Assembly (NCBI GenBank): GCA_013239625.1
Contig: MU053594.1
Coordinates: 1,864,127-1,928,126, forward strand
Length of the DNA: 64,000 nt
From: Lama guanicoe
Taxonomy: Eukaryota
Direction: 5' to 3'
The notes under the pieces were generated by a model. That model searched no databases. It saw only the letters and a list, made by a program, of their open reading frames with translations, and had not been told where the DNA came from. This document shows, one piece after another, positions 25,045-37,100 of this stretch (position 1 is the stretch's first letter; each line of letters begins with the position of its first letter). Both the position numbers and the translations under genes were made by a program.

Positions 25045-25565
25045 GCGCTGTCCGGTATGGGAGCCACTAGCCACGTGTGGTTACTGAACACTTAAAAGGG
25101 AGCTATAGTCTGAACTGAAATGTGCTGTAAGTGCAGAACTTACTGAGCACACACACAAGCAGAATGAAAGCAGGGAGGGCATAGCTCAAGTGGTAGAGTG
25201 TGTGCTTAGCATACACAAGGTCCTGGGTTCAATCCCCAGTACCTCCTCTATAAATAAATAAATAAATAAACCTAAGTACTATCCCCACAAAAATTTTAAA
25301 AAAAAATTTTTAAAGAGTATAATGTTAAAAAAAAACCCGAATGAAAAACCTCATTAGACTTAGTACAAAAACCAAAATGCAAATGATCTCATTAATAGTT
25401 TTTTAAATTGATTGCTTGTTGAGCAAATAACATTTTGGAAATATTGGGTGAAGTAAAATATATTATTAAAATTAATTTCATCCATTTCTTTTTTTTTAAA
25501 TGGGGCTATTAGAAACATTCATGCTACATATGACTCACGTCGTATTTCTACGGCACAGCACTGCG
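25045..25565. mobile_element. MER33-like hAT-Charlie element interrupted by a SINE
   Basis: gctgtcc...agccactagccacgtgtgg...aaatatattattaaaattaatttca...cagcactg. Confidence 0.75.
25172..25336 (+). mobile_element. Full-length Vic-1-like SINE
   Basis: A box tagctcaagtggtagag, B box ggttcaatcccc, (AAAT)n tail; possible TSD gaatgaaa. Confidence 0.9.
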
Positions 25566-26539
25566 GAAGAGGAAGGGAAAGAAATTCAGCACAGCCAGAG
25601 TTCAGAGTGAGGAGGGAGAGAGTGAAAGATGATGGGGATGTATCCAAGGTCAGGTCGGAAAGGGCATGGTAAGCCAGAGGAATGAATTTGGATTTTACCC
25701 TAAGGGCTCTCTGATGCAGGAGACTGACATGAGCACATGTACCGTTGGAAAGATCATTCTGGCTGCAGTGTGGAGAGCAGACAGGAGGGGAACAAAAATG
25801 GATGCAGTGGGACTAATTAGGAAGCTGCTGCACTTTTCCAGGTAAAAGACAATGATGTCCTGAACGGCAGTGTTCCCTCAAAATAGCCGACTTTAATGGG
25901 CCAGATCCCCAAGCCCACTCCTCATGGGGACCAGATCAGAGATATTATGGCATTCTAAATTTTGTCCTAGAAAAAAAGGTGAATGCAGGGAGAAAATAAT
26001 ATGATAGGTCTGGTGAAAGTTAATGTACAGAAATGAGTTAAATTCTTTTTTTTTTTTTGGTTTCATAGCCTTTTAAATATGTAAGTCTTCCAAAAGGATT
26101 GACTGAAACCTTCTACAGTGCACTCTCACCAGCCAGGATCTGCCTCGCCTGAATGACCCCAACACAGAACACTAATAATACATGAAAGGAGGGCTCCCTC
26201 CTGTCCCCATTCTCATCAAACCACAGGCAATCAGGTCCAGAAACTGAAGCTGAAGTGGAACCAGACTATAATCAGGCCTAGAGAGGCAGTGGGACGACCA
26301 GGGAGCCTGTGCTCGCTGAGGACACCTACACCGTTTCTTCCTTGTAGTCTGGACTCAAAATGGACTGAGAAGTGTCCTCTTCTCGCCACGTGGCTAAAGG
26401 ACAGGGCACGCACAGGGATGACAGAGCCCTTTCTATCCCGCCTCGAAACATTCTGCAATGATCAAATAAATAGGCTATAAGCTATTTTCCTTTTGGAAAA
26501 CTGGATGGAAAAAAAGTAGGCTATTACGATTTTTAAAAA

Positions 26540-26682
26540 CTTTTTTTTGAGGGGGAGGTAATTAGGTTTATTATTTTTAAATTAATTTTTTATTTTATTT
26601 TTTTAGTGGCGGTACTGGGGATTGAACCCAGGACCTGGTGTATGCTAAGCACGCATTCTGCTGCTGAGCTCTACCCTTCCCC
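26540..26682 (-). mobile_element. Vic-1-like SINE
   Basis: gggggaggtaattagg...gtactggggattgaacccaggacc...tgagctctaccct. Confidence 0.88.
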
Positions 26683-27073
26683 TACACTATTACTATTTGA
26701 AATAATTGTCACGAAACCCTAAGAACTTGAAAAACATATCTTCATTTTTGATTACTTAAGTGCAACATTCTAAAATTAATATCCCAATTTTGTAATTTCT
26801 TTTCTATTAGTTTCCTTCACTCAAGCAAATCTTTATTTAATTAAAATGAACAGAGAATGCCTATCTCCACCCAGGTTTACAAAGCACTTAGAGTTTGAGA
26901 ATCACTCCATCCCAAAGGGTGACTTTCTTTTTGGAAAATCACTATGAGGTCTCGGGCCTAATCCTACTCCAGTCCCCTCAGAACCCTCCGCTACACACCG
27001 GATGGATCTCCTGATGGGGGCAATCGCCAGTTAGCGATATGTGTCTCATCCAAGGACATGAGGAAGCACTGAC

Positions 27074-27199
27074 CTTTAGCTGAAGTCTGGTGCATACGAA
27101 TCTTTTTGGAGGCTACAAATTGTAGCACTTTCTCCACATTATTCCTCATCTCCTGTTGGTTACTGGGACTCAGCTGTACCCCACTCAGCTTTTCTCCTG
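27074..27199 (-). CDS. DIXDC1: DIXDC1 exon 3 (AGEKLSGVQLSPSNQQEMRNNVEKVLQFVASKKIRMHQTSAK)
   Basis: 126 nt, phase 1-1, acceptor CTAACAG, donor G|GTCAGT; manual translation continues the CH domain. Confidence 0.96.
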
Positions 27200-27934
27200 C
27201 TGTTAGAAGAGAGAAAATACATGAAGTTACGGGGACAGTACTATCACAGTTTCATAGTAGCCAGACACAGAGAAAGAGAATATTTGATGTAAGATGATGT
27301 ATAAATATGCAAGTGAGTTAGGACTTGGTGTTTGCAATTTGGATGGGGAATTGGAAAACGAAAGCCTTCTGGAGGGCCTCCAAATTTTCAAATCTATCCC
27401 CATGGGCCTGTGAAGTTACTGCGTGTACATTTATTCATTCAGCAAATATTCACCAAGCACCTACTGTTCTGGGCACCAGAGAAACAGCAATGACCAAGAC
27501 CTTGTCTTTCCTTCCCTCATAGAGTTTATATCTGTAGGGATGACAGATGACCGAGTTAACAAATACAATTTGATATAATTTCACGTAGTGATAAGTACTA
27601 CAAGGAAAAACAAACAAGAGTGATCATGGCCTCTCTGACAACACATTTGGGCAGAGATCTGAACAAAGTAAGAAACGTGAAGATTTGAGGAGGAAGCAGT
27701 CAGGTTAAGAGACCCAAAGTGGGCTTGAGCTCAGCTTATCTGAGGACCCGCAACGAAACCAGCATGGCTGGAGTGGAGCGGGTGGGGAGTTGAGTCCTAG
27801 GATAAGGCAGAGGGGTAAGCAGGGCCAGGCCATGTAGGGCTTTGTGGACCAGAGCAAAAGAGCAAAGAGCCTGATTTTATTCTATGTGTGATGAGCAACC
27901 AATGGAGAGTTTGAGGTAAGGGATGTATATGATC

Positions 27935-28200
27935 TTCTTTCTTTTTTATTGAAGCAGTTGATTTACACTGTTGATTCAGTTATTTATATACATGTTTATA
28001 TATATATTCTTTTTCATTATAGTTTATTACAGGATATTGAATATAGTTCCCTGCGCTATACAGTAGGACCTTGCTGTTTATTTTATATATAAACATTTGC
28101 TTAGGACCTTGTATCTGCTAATCCCAAACTCCTAGTTTATCCCTCCCCTACTCCCTTTCCCCTTTGATAACCCTAAGTTTGTTTTCTGTGTCCAGGAGTT
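27935..28200 (-). mobile_element. Cetartiodactyl L1 3' end fragment
   Basis: gaatatagttccctgcgctatacagtaggacc...ctgctaatcccaaactcc. Confidence 0.85.
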
Positions 28201-28357
28201 CCATGATCTGATTTATGTTTTTTAAAGTTGACCCTGTGTGGACACAGATTATGTGAAGAGGAAACAGGGGGATTATTTAGAAAGAAAATGAAAATAGTCA
28301 CCAAAAGATAATGATGGTTTGGGAAGAGGCTGAGAGGTATATACATGTTTTTAATTG

Positions 28358-28476
28358 GGCGGGGAGCTGTTATTAGGTTTTTTTTTTAAATTTTTTAATA
28401 CAGGTACTGAGGATTGAACCTGCCACCTTGTGCATGCTAAGCACGCACTCTATCACTGAGCAACACCCTCCTCCCG
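28358..28476 (-). mobile_element. Vic-1-like SINE
   Basis: ggtactgaggattgaacc...gtgcatgctaagcacgcactcta...tgagcaacaccctc. Confidence 0.85.
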
Positions 28477-30014
28477 AGAGGTACATCTTTAATATAAAGC
28501 AGACAGCACATGCGAAGGACTGGATCCGATATATAAGGAAAAGAGAATCATTCAAGACAATCTCTAACTGTTCTGCTTTAACAGTTGGGGAACTGGTACT
28601 GTGATGTGTTACTCAGATGAAGAATACCGGAGGATACAGGCATCAGTGGGGAGCAGGAGAAGTTCTGATTAGGACATGTGAAGTCAGAGTTGCATTTTAG
28701 ACATCGAAGTAGAGATGCTGAACAGGAAGTTGATATTCGTGTCTAGAACTCAAGGAAAAGCTTAGAGCTAAAGATACAAATTTGGGAAGAGATCATTTAG
28801 GGGATAGAGAATACACAAGGACTGAGGATTGACACTCTAAGAAGAACGTCAACATTTAGAAGCCAGAAAGCAGAAGACAGCCAGCAAAGCAAAGAGGGGA
28901 GGCCAGCGAGCAAGGAGGAAAACTCAAAGTCCACAGGGTTTTGGAGGCCAAGGGAAGAAAGTGTTTGGAGGAGGAGGGAGTGACCCACTGTGTCAAGCTC
29001 CGCTAAGTTGTATAAAATGAGAACTGAGGACTGGCCACCGGATTTGACAAGGCAGAGGCTGTGACCTTGAGGAGAGCAGTTTCAGTGGGGTAGTGGGATC
29101 AAAAGCCCAAAAGGCTGAAGAAAGAATGGGAAACAGAGCAGTGAGTTCAGCGAGTGTTTCTATATAGCCAAGTCACAACAGAATGCAGCATGCAAGAACC
29201 TGGGTTTGGGGAAAACAAGAATACATATTCATACTGCTTGTATATGCACAGAATATCTCTGGGAAGAAAAGCAAGAAATTGCTAACACTGGCTGTCTCCA
29301 GAAAGAGCAGGTTGCTGGCAGGGGGACATGGGTGGAAAAAAGGCTTTTGACTTTCTATCCTCCTGTGCTCTCTGGATTTTCTAACTGATTGTATTTGCAG
29401 TATAACCTATTCAAATGAGTGAAAAATTAAATGTGTAAAATGAGCTTTAGAATTAAAGCAGATGTAGGTTTGTATCTCTGCTTAGCCACTTAAGAGTTAT
29501 GTGACCTTGTCAAGTTGCTTAATCTAAATTCCATAAAATGAGTAAAATAGTAGTGCTTGTATCAGATCCACATCATAAATCAATCAAAGTAACATGCCCA
29601 GCACAGTGCTTGAGATATATGTGTTCGATGAATTTACTTATTTTTATAAATTCTTTTTCAGTTTGTTTCCTGAAAATGGGAATAATATGTTTCTCAAAGG
29701 TTGCTGATTAACTGAAATTAAATGAGATAGGGTGTTTAATAAATGGCAGCTGCTATTACTATGAACGTGGTTATTATCATTGTACGTAAACACTCTGATG
29801 AATTCTGAGCGGTCCGAACGAGGTGTTCATGGGCTGGCTGCCTGTGGCAAGCCTGGCTTCTCATATAACCCCTCCCAAACCCTACACCCCTCAAAGACTC
29901 TAAGCAAAGTAAGCAGACTTAGATGACAACGAATGTTTGAGTACCTATTACGTGTCCGGCACTTGGTTAAGGGTTGCGGAAACAGAAAAAAAAAATTATA
30001 CTGTACCTGCTCTT

Positions 30015-30101
30015 TTTTTTCTATTTTTTAATTTTTAATTGAAAAAAAAAATTTTTTTCAACGGAGGTACTGGGGATTGAACCCAGGACCTCATGCATGC
30101 T
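30015..30101 (-). mobile_element. 5'-truncated Vic-1-like SINE with a 14-bp TSD
   Basis: TSD CTGTACCTGCTCTT at 30001-30014 and 30102-30115. Confidence 0.9.
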
Positions 30102-30754
30102 CTGTACCTGCTCTTAAAGGGCTCAATCTATACAGGGGAGATAGGTAAGCAATTACCATTTGATGAGAGAAATCTGTGCAGGGCTACGGGCAAATGCCAT
30201 GGAAATATGATTATGGCGCAATCTAATAAGAACGACCGGCAGCAACTCCGGGGCTTCAAGGGGACAAACCCTCTCGTGGAGCATCATGGTAGTGAATATC
30301 GTACAGGGCTCCTTTTGCTGGTCACACACCTTCTTTTTGCCTGGCCACCACTTCCTTTCCCAGCCTCCGTTTAGACATCAGTTCTTCTGGCAAGCCATCC
30401 CTGAACCCCTAAGACTGGGCTGGGCCCCCCCACCCCGTGCTCCCATCTGTACTTGTCCCATCAGAGTACTGAGGACATTAATGGAAGTGACTTCACTTTC
30501 CAGGCTTTCCAACTGGATTGGGAGACTTTTGAGAGCACACACCGTGCCCGTATCATCATATTCCCAAAGCTTAATACAGCACCCTCCACTCAGTGTTTAT
30601 TGACCGAAATTAACCTTGGGCGAGTATTTTAAGTCTCCTCTACTTCCATTCCCATATGTATTAAAGGAGAAGACATCTGCTCTGAAGGGCACATGGAGGA
30701 TGAAAGAGGCCACGTGCTGGTTTATGCTAGTAACAGAATCCAGGGCCAACTGAC

Positions 30755-30884
30755 CAACAATCTCGATGAGATACGCCAGGATCACCCCATCCCGGAGGTC
30801 CTGTCTCAGGTCCTGCACAGGCTTCACCGCTGGCCTCTTCTTCAGCTGTGCATTCACCCAGGCCACGTATGCCTGCAGCTGTTG
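30755..30884 (-). CDS. DIXDC1: DIXDC1 exon 2 (QQLQAYVAWVNAQLKKRPAVKPVQDLRQDLRDGVILAYLIEIV), calponin-homology domain
   Basis: 130 nt, acceptor TTCCAG, donor G|GTCAGT, CH motif DLRDGVIL. Confidence 0.97.
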
Positions 30885-33800
30885 CTGGAAAATGAAAGGT
30901 GGAAATTAGGAAAAGGTTACATATTATTCTTACCCTCTGCCCTGCACCCTCTAAGGCAGCATGTGAGATTGGGCCATGGTGGGCGATCTACATCCAGAGG
31001 GAGAAGGAGAAAGTTTTAAGGAAAGAAAGAAAGATGGTCAGACATGCAACATGTTCTCAAATTCTCTAGTTTCACACCAGCCTCCAGGTATGAGCTAACC
31101 TCTAACCTGGGTGGCAGGGTAGACACAGAGACACAGATGAGTGTTTCAGTGATTGTGACTCCTGCTTTGCTTGCATTTTGCTCTGTTGACCAGGATAAGG
31201 GCTGGACCAGAACTGCAGCCAGTTTTCAAATGTAATCACTGCTGCCAGCAACCCACGGTGCTTCCCAGGAACAATCACTCATGTCCTGTATGCATAATGG
31301 ACTGTGATACTGCTAAGAACTGATGTTGGGGAATCAGGAATCCACAGTAAACCATGCTCAGAACCGCCTCTCCCATAGCTGCTTTCTTCATAATGAGACT
31401 TAGCTGAAATCAACCCCAGATTTATTCTCCTGAGCCTATAATCCTGAGATTGCTACAGAATTCGTTTTAATCCACCCTTTACAGTGTCAAAGAGGATCTT
31501 GTTATCTGAAACCTGCACAAGGAAGGGAAAAGAAACGGCTGTGATGAACAGTGTTCCTGAAGACTTGGGGAGAGTGGCTTTCATTTATTTTCAGACAAAG
31601 CTAGGACCCAGTACCATCAGAAGCCTTTCAGACCCAGACACGACATGTAACTCATTCAAACCCTTAGACAACCTTATAGACTCCATTTTACACAGAGCTT
31701 TTATATTCAGGTGTTTTTGTCTGATTATTTGGTCTGAAGATGGGCACTAAATATCAAAATAGCACATGAACAAGGTCACAGTACAGGCAGCAGCTCTGTC
31801 TGGTTTCTGTAGAAGCCCACGACCCAGAACCTAAAAATTAAGTTCAAGGGCTAACGCTATTAAATCATAATTTGGTTAATGTACAGTTGACTTCTAAGCT
31901 TCAAGTACTTCCTTAATGAAATGATACTGGAAATTACTCACTGGCTGCTTCCTGAGCTTAAATTAAATCTTCCCTATTTTCTCTCTCTCTGTCAATCTGT
32001 GGGAATAAATAAAGTCCTTTGGAAACCAGTGCTCAGGCAATAATCCATGAGCTACTGACAAACTGCAGGAAGTGCGATGATCAGCAGGAGGTGGGGGGAG
32101 GAATCTGATGTTTATGGAGTCCTACCACAAACTGAACACTAATTTTGGTGTTTTATAATGTGTTTTAAAGAGTTAATAATGTACCTGGGACACAGCTTGC
32201 CCCTCGATTGATGCTTACTAAATGGTCATTATCTTTTTTATGATCATCGTCTAATTCAGTTCTCACAAAAGCACGAAAGCGAGGTCGCTATCTTATCCAT
32301 TCTATGGATGAGGTTCAGAGAAATTATGTAACTTCTCCAATGTCCCCAAGCTAGGATAGCAGACCTGGTCATGCAGCCCAGAAAAAGTGGTCCAGGCATT
32401 TACCCAGGGCCTCTTGCTATTCAAGTCACCCTGCAGAACAGAGGTAGCTGCACCTTCCGCCTTTACATGGGTCAGACTCCCATCGAGGTCTGCTCCCCCG
32501 GTACAGCCACGACACTGTGTGAGGCAGACCAGGCAAAGGGCACCTCTATAGCAAATCACTCTGCTCCGGGAAAAGCAGTGAAGACCAGAAAGGCATTAAG
32601 GGTAACATGTGGGATCTGATTACTTGGTTTAGGTACAAAACTCCTAACCCATCTCCCTGTATCTCACCCTCCACCCACCCTCCACGCATTCCTGCTTAAA
32701 TTCCTTCACTGCGCTGTCATTATCCTCAAGCAAAATCCAATCTCCTTAGCTGCATCTAAGTCTGTCTTGTGCCAGCCTTTACCTCTTCTCCAGCTTCACT
32801 CATTCCTCCCCACATTCACCACACCATTTTTCAGTTCATCCAAACCATGTGCAGTGCCCCAAACACACCACGTTTTCCAGCCACTCTGCCTCCCTCTGCC
32901 TGCCATCTCCTCTTCAAGCTCATCTCAAGCACCACCTTTTCTAGGAAGCGTTCCCCGACTCTCCCACACACCTCCAACTCTGGTCTCCTCGGGGATGTCC
33001 TGTGTCACACAGTCAGCTCAACAGTAAGTTAAGTGCAGGCACTGGACTGTTGTGGGGCCACGAGGAGCCTCATGCCTTCAAGAATCTTTCAAGAAAAATA
33101 GAGAAGAGAGGAAGAGGAGGAGGAGCTTGCAGGCTGGTAGAGACAGGCGCTACAACAGGGGTGTTCCAGGGGCTGAGTCTTTGCCCAACCTGAAACCCAC
33201 ACTCAGCAGAGTCCTCTGAAGTTAGGAAAGGAGGCAAAGAGGACAGTGGACTTAGGGAGCTAAGGTCTGAACTGCGTTCTATGCAGGGAGTTGTAAGAGT
33301 TCAGAATTGTTGGACTCAGAATAACAGGTGCTCGACAAATACGTTTGAATCAGTACATCATTTGTCACATTTCATCAGGCCAAGACTTAAAATGACTGGA
33401 AAAATTAAATACGCAGGGGCAGATAAGAACAAGTATTTTTCATTAGGCCAACATAATTTTGCTAAAGTAACCGCAACCTTCCTTTGGTCATTAACCTTAA
33501 CTTTGGTGAATAGAAGTTAAGTTGTCTCTGCTGCAAAACTGCTTTGAGGTTCCAAACAGTACTTTACACGCACATTAATCACAGCTCTGGTCTTCCAACA
33601 AAAGAGGATGCTACGGCATAAATGGTAAGAGTACTCACCGCTTTTCTGAACACCTGCTCTGTGTCAAGAGCTATGCTAGGTCCTTTAAATGCATTCTCTC
33701 TAATGGTAATCCGCCAGGGAGATTTTACTGTATCTATTCCACTAACTGGAAACTGAGACTCAAACAGGTGAAATAAATTGTTCAAGGTCACCTAGGTAGT

Positions 33801-34009
33801 AAGCTATGAATATGAAATTCACTCTGACTCCCACGCCAGTGCTCCTTCCTCTCGACCACACTGTCGCCTAAATAAACACACCCCTGAGGTTTAAATGAGC
33901 TCACTTAAAACTTTCAGAATGGAAGTTGCCTTGGTCTAAACCACTTCTTCCACCACGTCCAGCGCTCGAGTCTCCTACCGAACGATCTGCACTCAGTTGC
34001 TGTCTGGCG

Positions 34010-34135
34010 ACTAATCAAAGTTTGGTCGCCGGACCAGTAGCACCAGCATCACCTGGGGGTCTGTCAGAAAAGCAGGCTCTGAAACTCTGCCCCAGCCTCA
34101 CTGAATTCGAACCTGTATTTTGAAAAGATCCCCTC
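34010..34135. mobile_element. MER5A-like hAT fragment
   Basis: ggaccag...cagcatcacctggg...tcagaaa...ctgaattcgaac...ttttgaaaagatcccc. Confidence 0.65.
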
Positions 34136-37100
34136 ATCTTGTATTTTCTCTGCCCTAGCTCTGTAATCAGCTATTTGACAAGTGAATAGAATTCCGGCTA
34201 CTTTAATTGGAGAATGGTTTTTAGAAACCAAAATTTGGGCATAAGGTGTACTCATTCTACGAGGGTAACATTCTAGGCCCCCTGGGCACAGGAGTAGGAA
34301 ATATGTGCGTGTGTACACACATCCACACATATCTGTATCTACTTACCTTGACAGACAGACATAACATGAATTATACTGACCCCTCCTCCAACCCAATTCC
34401 ATAGGGTTCACCTCTCCTTCCTCTTTGCCTTATTTGTAACTCCTTTCTCCCATAGTGAGGAACACGACTCTCTGTCCACATTATATTTACTAATATTTCC
34501 TCAGTCCTAGAAAATACATCAGATATCTCAGACTTGTTAGTCTATACCTTGTGAAAAACACATTTACTAACCAGAATATAATATTTGTATACAGTTCCTT
34601 TTGTCTTTAGCCTTACAGTGTACACTCAAAATACTGATTCCAAAGTGACTCAGGTCAGTTCTTTCCTTTCCACCTGCTCCAGTGTGGTTATTAATCTGTA
34701 ATACAGTGAGGTACAATTCTCATAATTTGTAGTCCATTTTGGGTTCTCCTCATATTTTAGTTGATTTTAATTATTTATTTTGAGGGTAAGTGAAAGATTA
34801 ACATGATTCTAAAAGTCAGGGCTATACAAAAACATATATTCAGGAAAGTGTCACTCCTTCATCATTCTGTCCAGCCCATTCCTATCCACCCAATTGGCAG
34901 GTAACCAATCTCATTAGCTCCATGTTATCTGGGGAAAAAAGATACATGTACATTTTATTTTCCTTTCCTTCTCAGTGTGAAAAATAGCATAGTATTGATT
35001 ATTCTTTTTGGACCTGCACTTTTCACTTCATCTAATGATCACTTAATACATTCTGTAAATCACGCTATATTGGTCAAGAAATCTTCCTTATCTTACATCT
35101 GCATAGCGCTCCATCATGTGGACGTACTATAGTTTATTCAACCATTCTTCTATACACGGGCATTTAGGGTTTTTTCCCAATATTTTGCAATTACAAACAA
35201 TGCAGCAATGAGTAACCTTATGCATGAGTATTTTCATGTTGGTGGAGATCTATCTTCAGGGTAGATTCAAAGATTGCTAGGTAAAAAGGTACGTAAGTGG
35301 GTAACTTTATTAGACATTGCCAAATTCCCTGCCAAAAGGATTGCATCTGTTTGCATTCCCAACAGCAATGCACACGAGTGCATTTTCCCACAGCCTTGCC
35401 AACAGAACATGTTGTCATGCTTTTAAATTTCTGCCAAAGTGATAGGTGAGAAATTGTATCCTAGGCTGTTTTAATCTTCATCTCTTTAATTATGAGTTTG
35501 AACCTCTCTTTGTAGGTTTAAGAATTCATTTTGTATCTTTGTCTTTTATATCTTTTTCATGAATTGTCTAGTCATATCTTTTCCCTATTTTTTAATCAAA
35601 GGACCTATTTTTTTGATCCTTTAGTGCCTCCATTTTTAAGAATTCTTTATATATTAAGAATGTTACCCTTTTGTCTTTCAGATGTGTTGCAGAGATTTCC
35701 CAGTTTGTCAGTCATTTTTTGTCTTGGTTTATGTTTTTTTTGGCCATGAGAAGGTTTTTATTTTTATCTAATGAAATTTATTGATATTTTATTTTACTGC
35801 CTCTGAATTTTGAGTCACGGTTAGAAAGCCTTTCCGTAAACTGAAGTGAAAGGATTCACCTCTGCTTTTTTCTAGTTCTCATATGATTTCAAATTTGTTT
35901 CCCTTTAGATCCCTGATCCACGTGGAATTTATTCTTGTATGTGATGGGAGATATAGATCCAATTTATCTGTCTTCAAATGTCTACCCAGTTGTTCCAGCA
36001 CATTTACTAAAAAGTCACTCTTTACTCCAGGGATTTGAGATGCCACCTTTTTTTCATAGACTAAATTTCCATAGTTCTTGGGTCTACTTCTAGACTTTGC
36101 ATTCTGCATCACTTGTGTATTTGTTTCTGCATGCACCAGGACCAAAATGTTTTATTTGCAGAGGCCTTATAGTATATTTTAATATCTGGTGTGGCTAGTC
36201 CCTCTCCCCTGAAGTTTTTCTTTTTTGTAATGTTTTCTTGAATATTCTTGAATATTTATCACTCCATATGAGCTTCAATATTTATTTACCTAACTTCCAC
36301 CAAAAAAGCCTGTTAGAATTTTTATTGTGATTATATTAAATTTAAAAATTGGCATGGCATGGGGAGAACTGTCATCTTTATGATGTTGAAACATCCTATT
36401 CAAGAATGGGTTGACCAAGTCCAGGAAGTGCAGAGAGTTCAACACAGGATCAATCTAAAGAGGAACACACCAAGGCACATAGTAATCAAAATGACAAAAA
36501 TTAAGTATAAGAAGAAAGTATTAAAATCAGCAAGAGAAAAGCAGCAAATAACATACAAGGAAATTCCCATAAGGTTATCAACTGATTTTTCAGCAGAAAC
36601 TCTACAGGCCAGAAGGGAGTGGCATGATATATTTCAAGTGATGAAAGGGGAAAACTTACAACCAAGAATACTCTATCCAGCAAGGCTCTCATTCAGATTT
36701 GATGGAGAAACCAAAAGCTCCACAGATAAACAAAAGCCAAAAGAATTTAGCACCATGAAACCAGCTTTACAACAAATGTTAAAGCAACATCTCTAGTCAT
36801 CAAACCACAAGAAGAGATACATGCACCCCAATGTTCACAGCAGCATTACTGACAATAGCCAAGACATGGAAGCAAACTAAATGTCCATCCACAGATGACT
36901 GCAAAAAGAAGTTGTGGTATACACACATACACACACACACACTGGAATACTACTCAGCCATAAAAAGAAATAAAATAATGCCATTTGCAGCAACATGGAA
37001 GGACTTGGAGTCATTATACTAAGTAAAGTAAGCCAGAAAGAGAAAGAAAAATATCATATGATATCACTTACATGTGGAATCTAAAAAGGGGGGGGCATAA

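Noticed and set aside
25172..25250. tRNA-like A/B-box sequences here and at the other SINE heads
   Set aside because: Followed by SINE body, A-rich tail and TSDs; these are tRNA-derived SINEs, not tRNA genes.
36359..36796. 145-aa ORF as a domesticated gene
   Set aside because: 5'-truncated L1 ORF1 with its start codon borrowed from flanking antisense L1; no promoter evidence.
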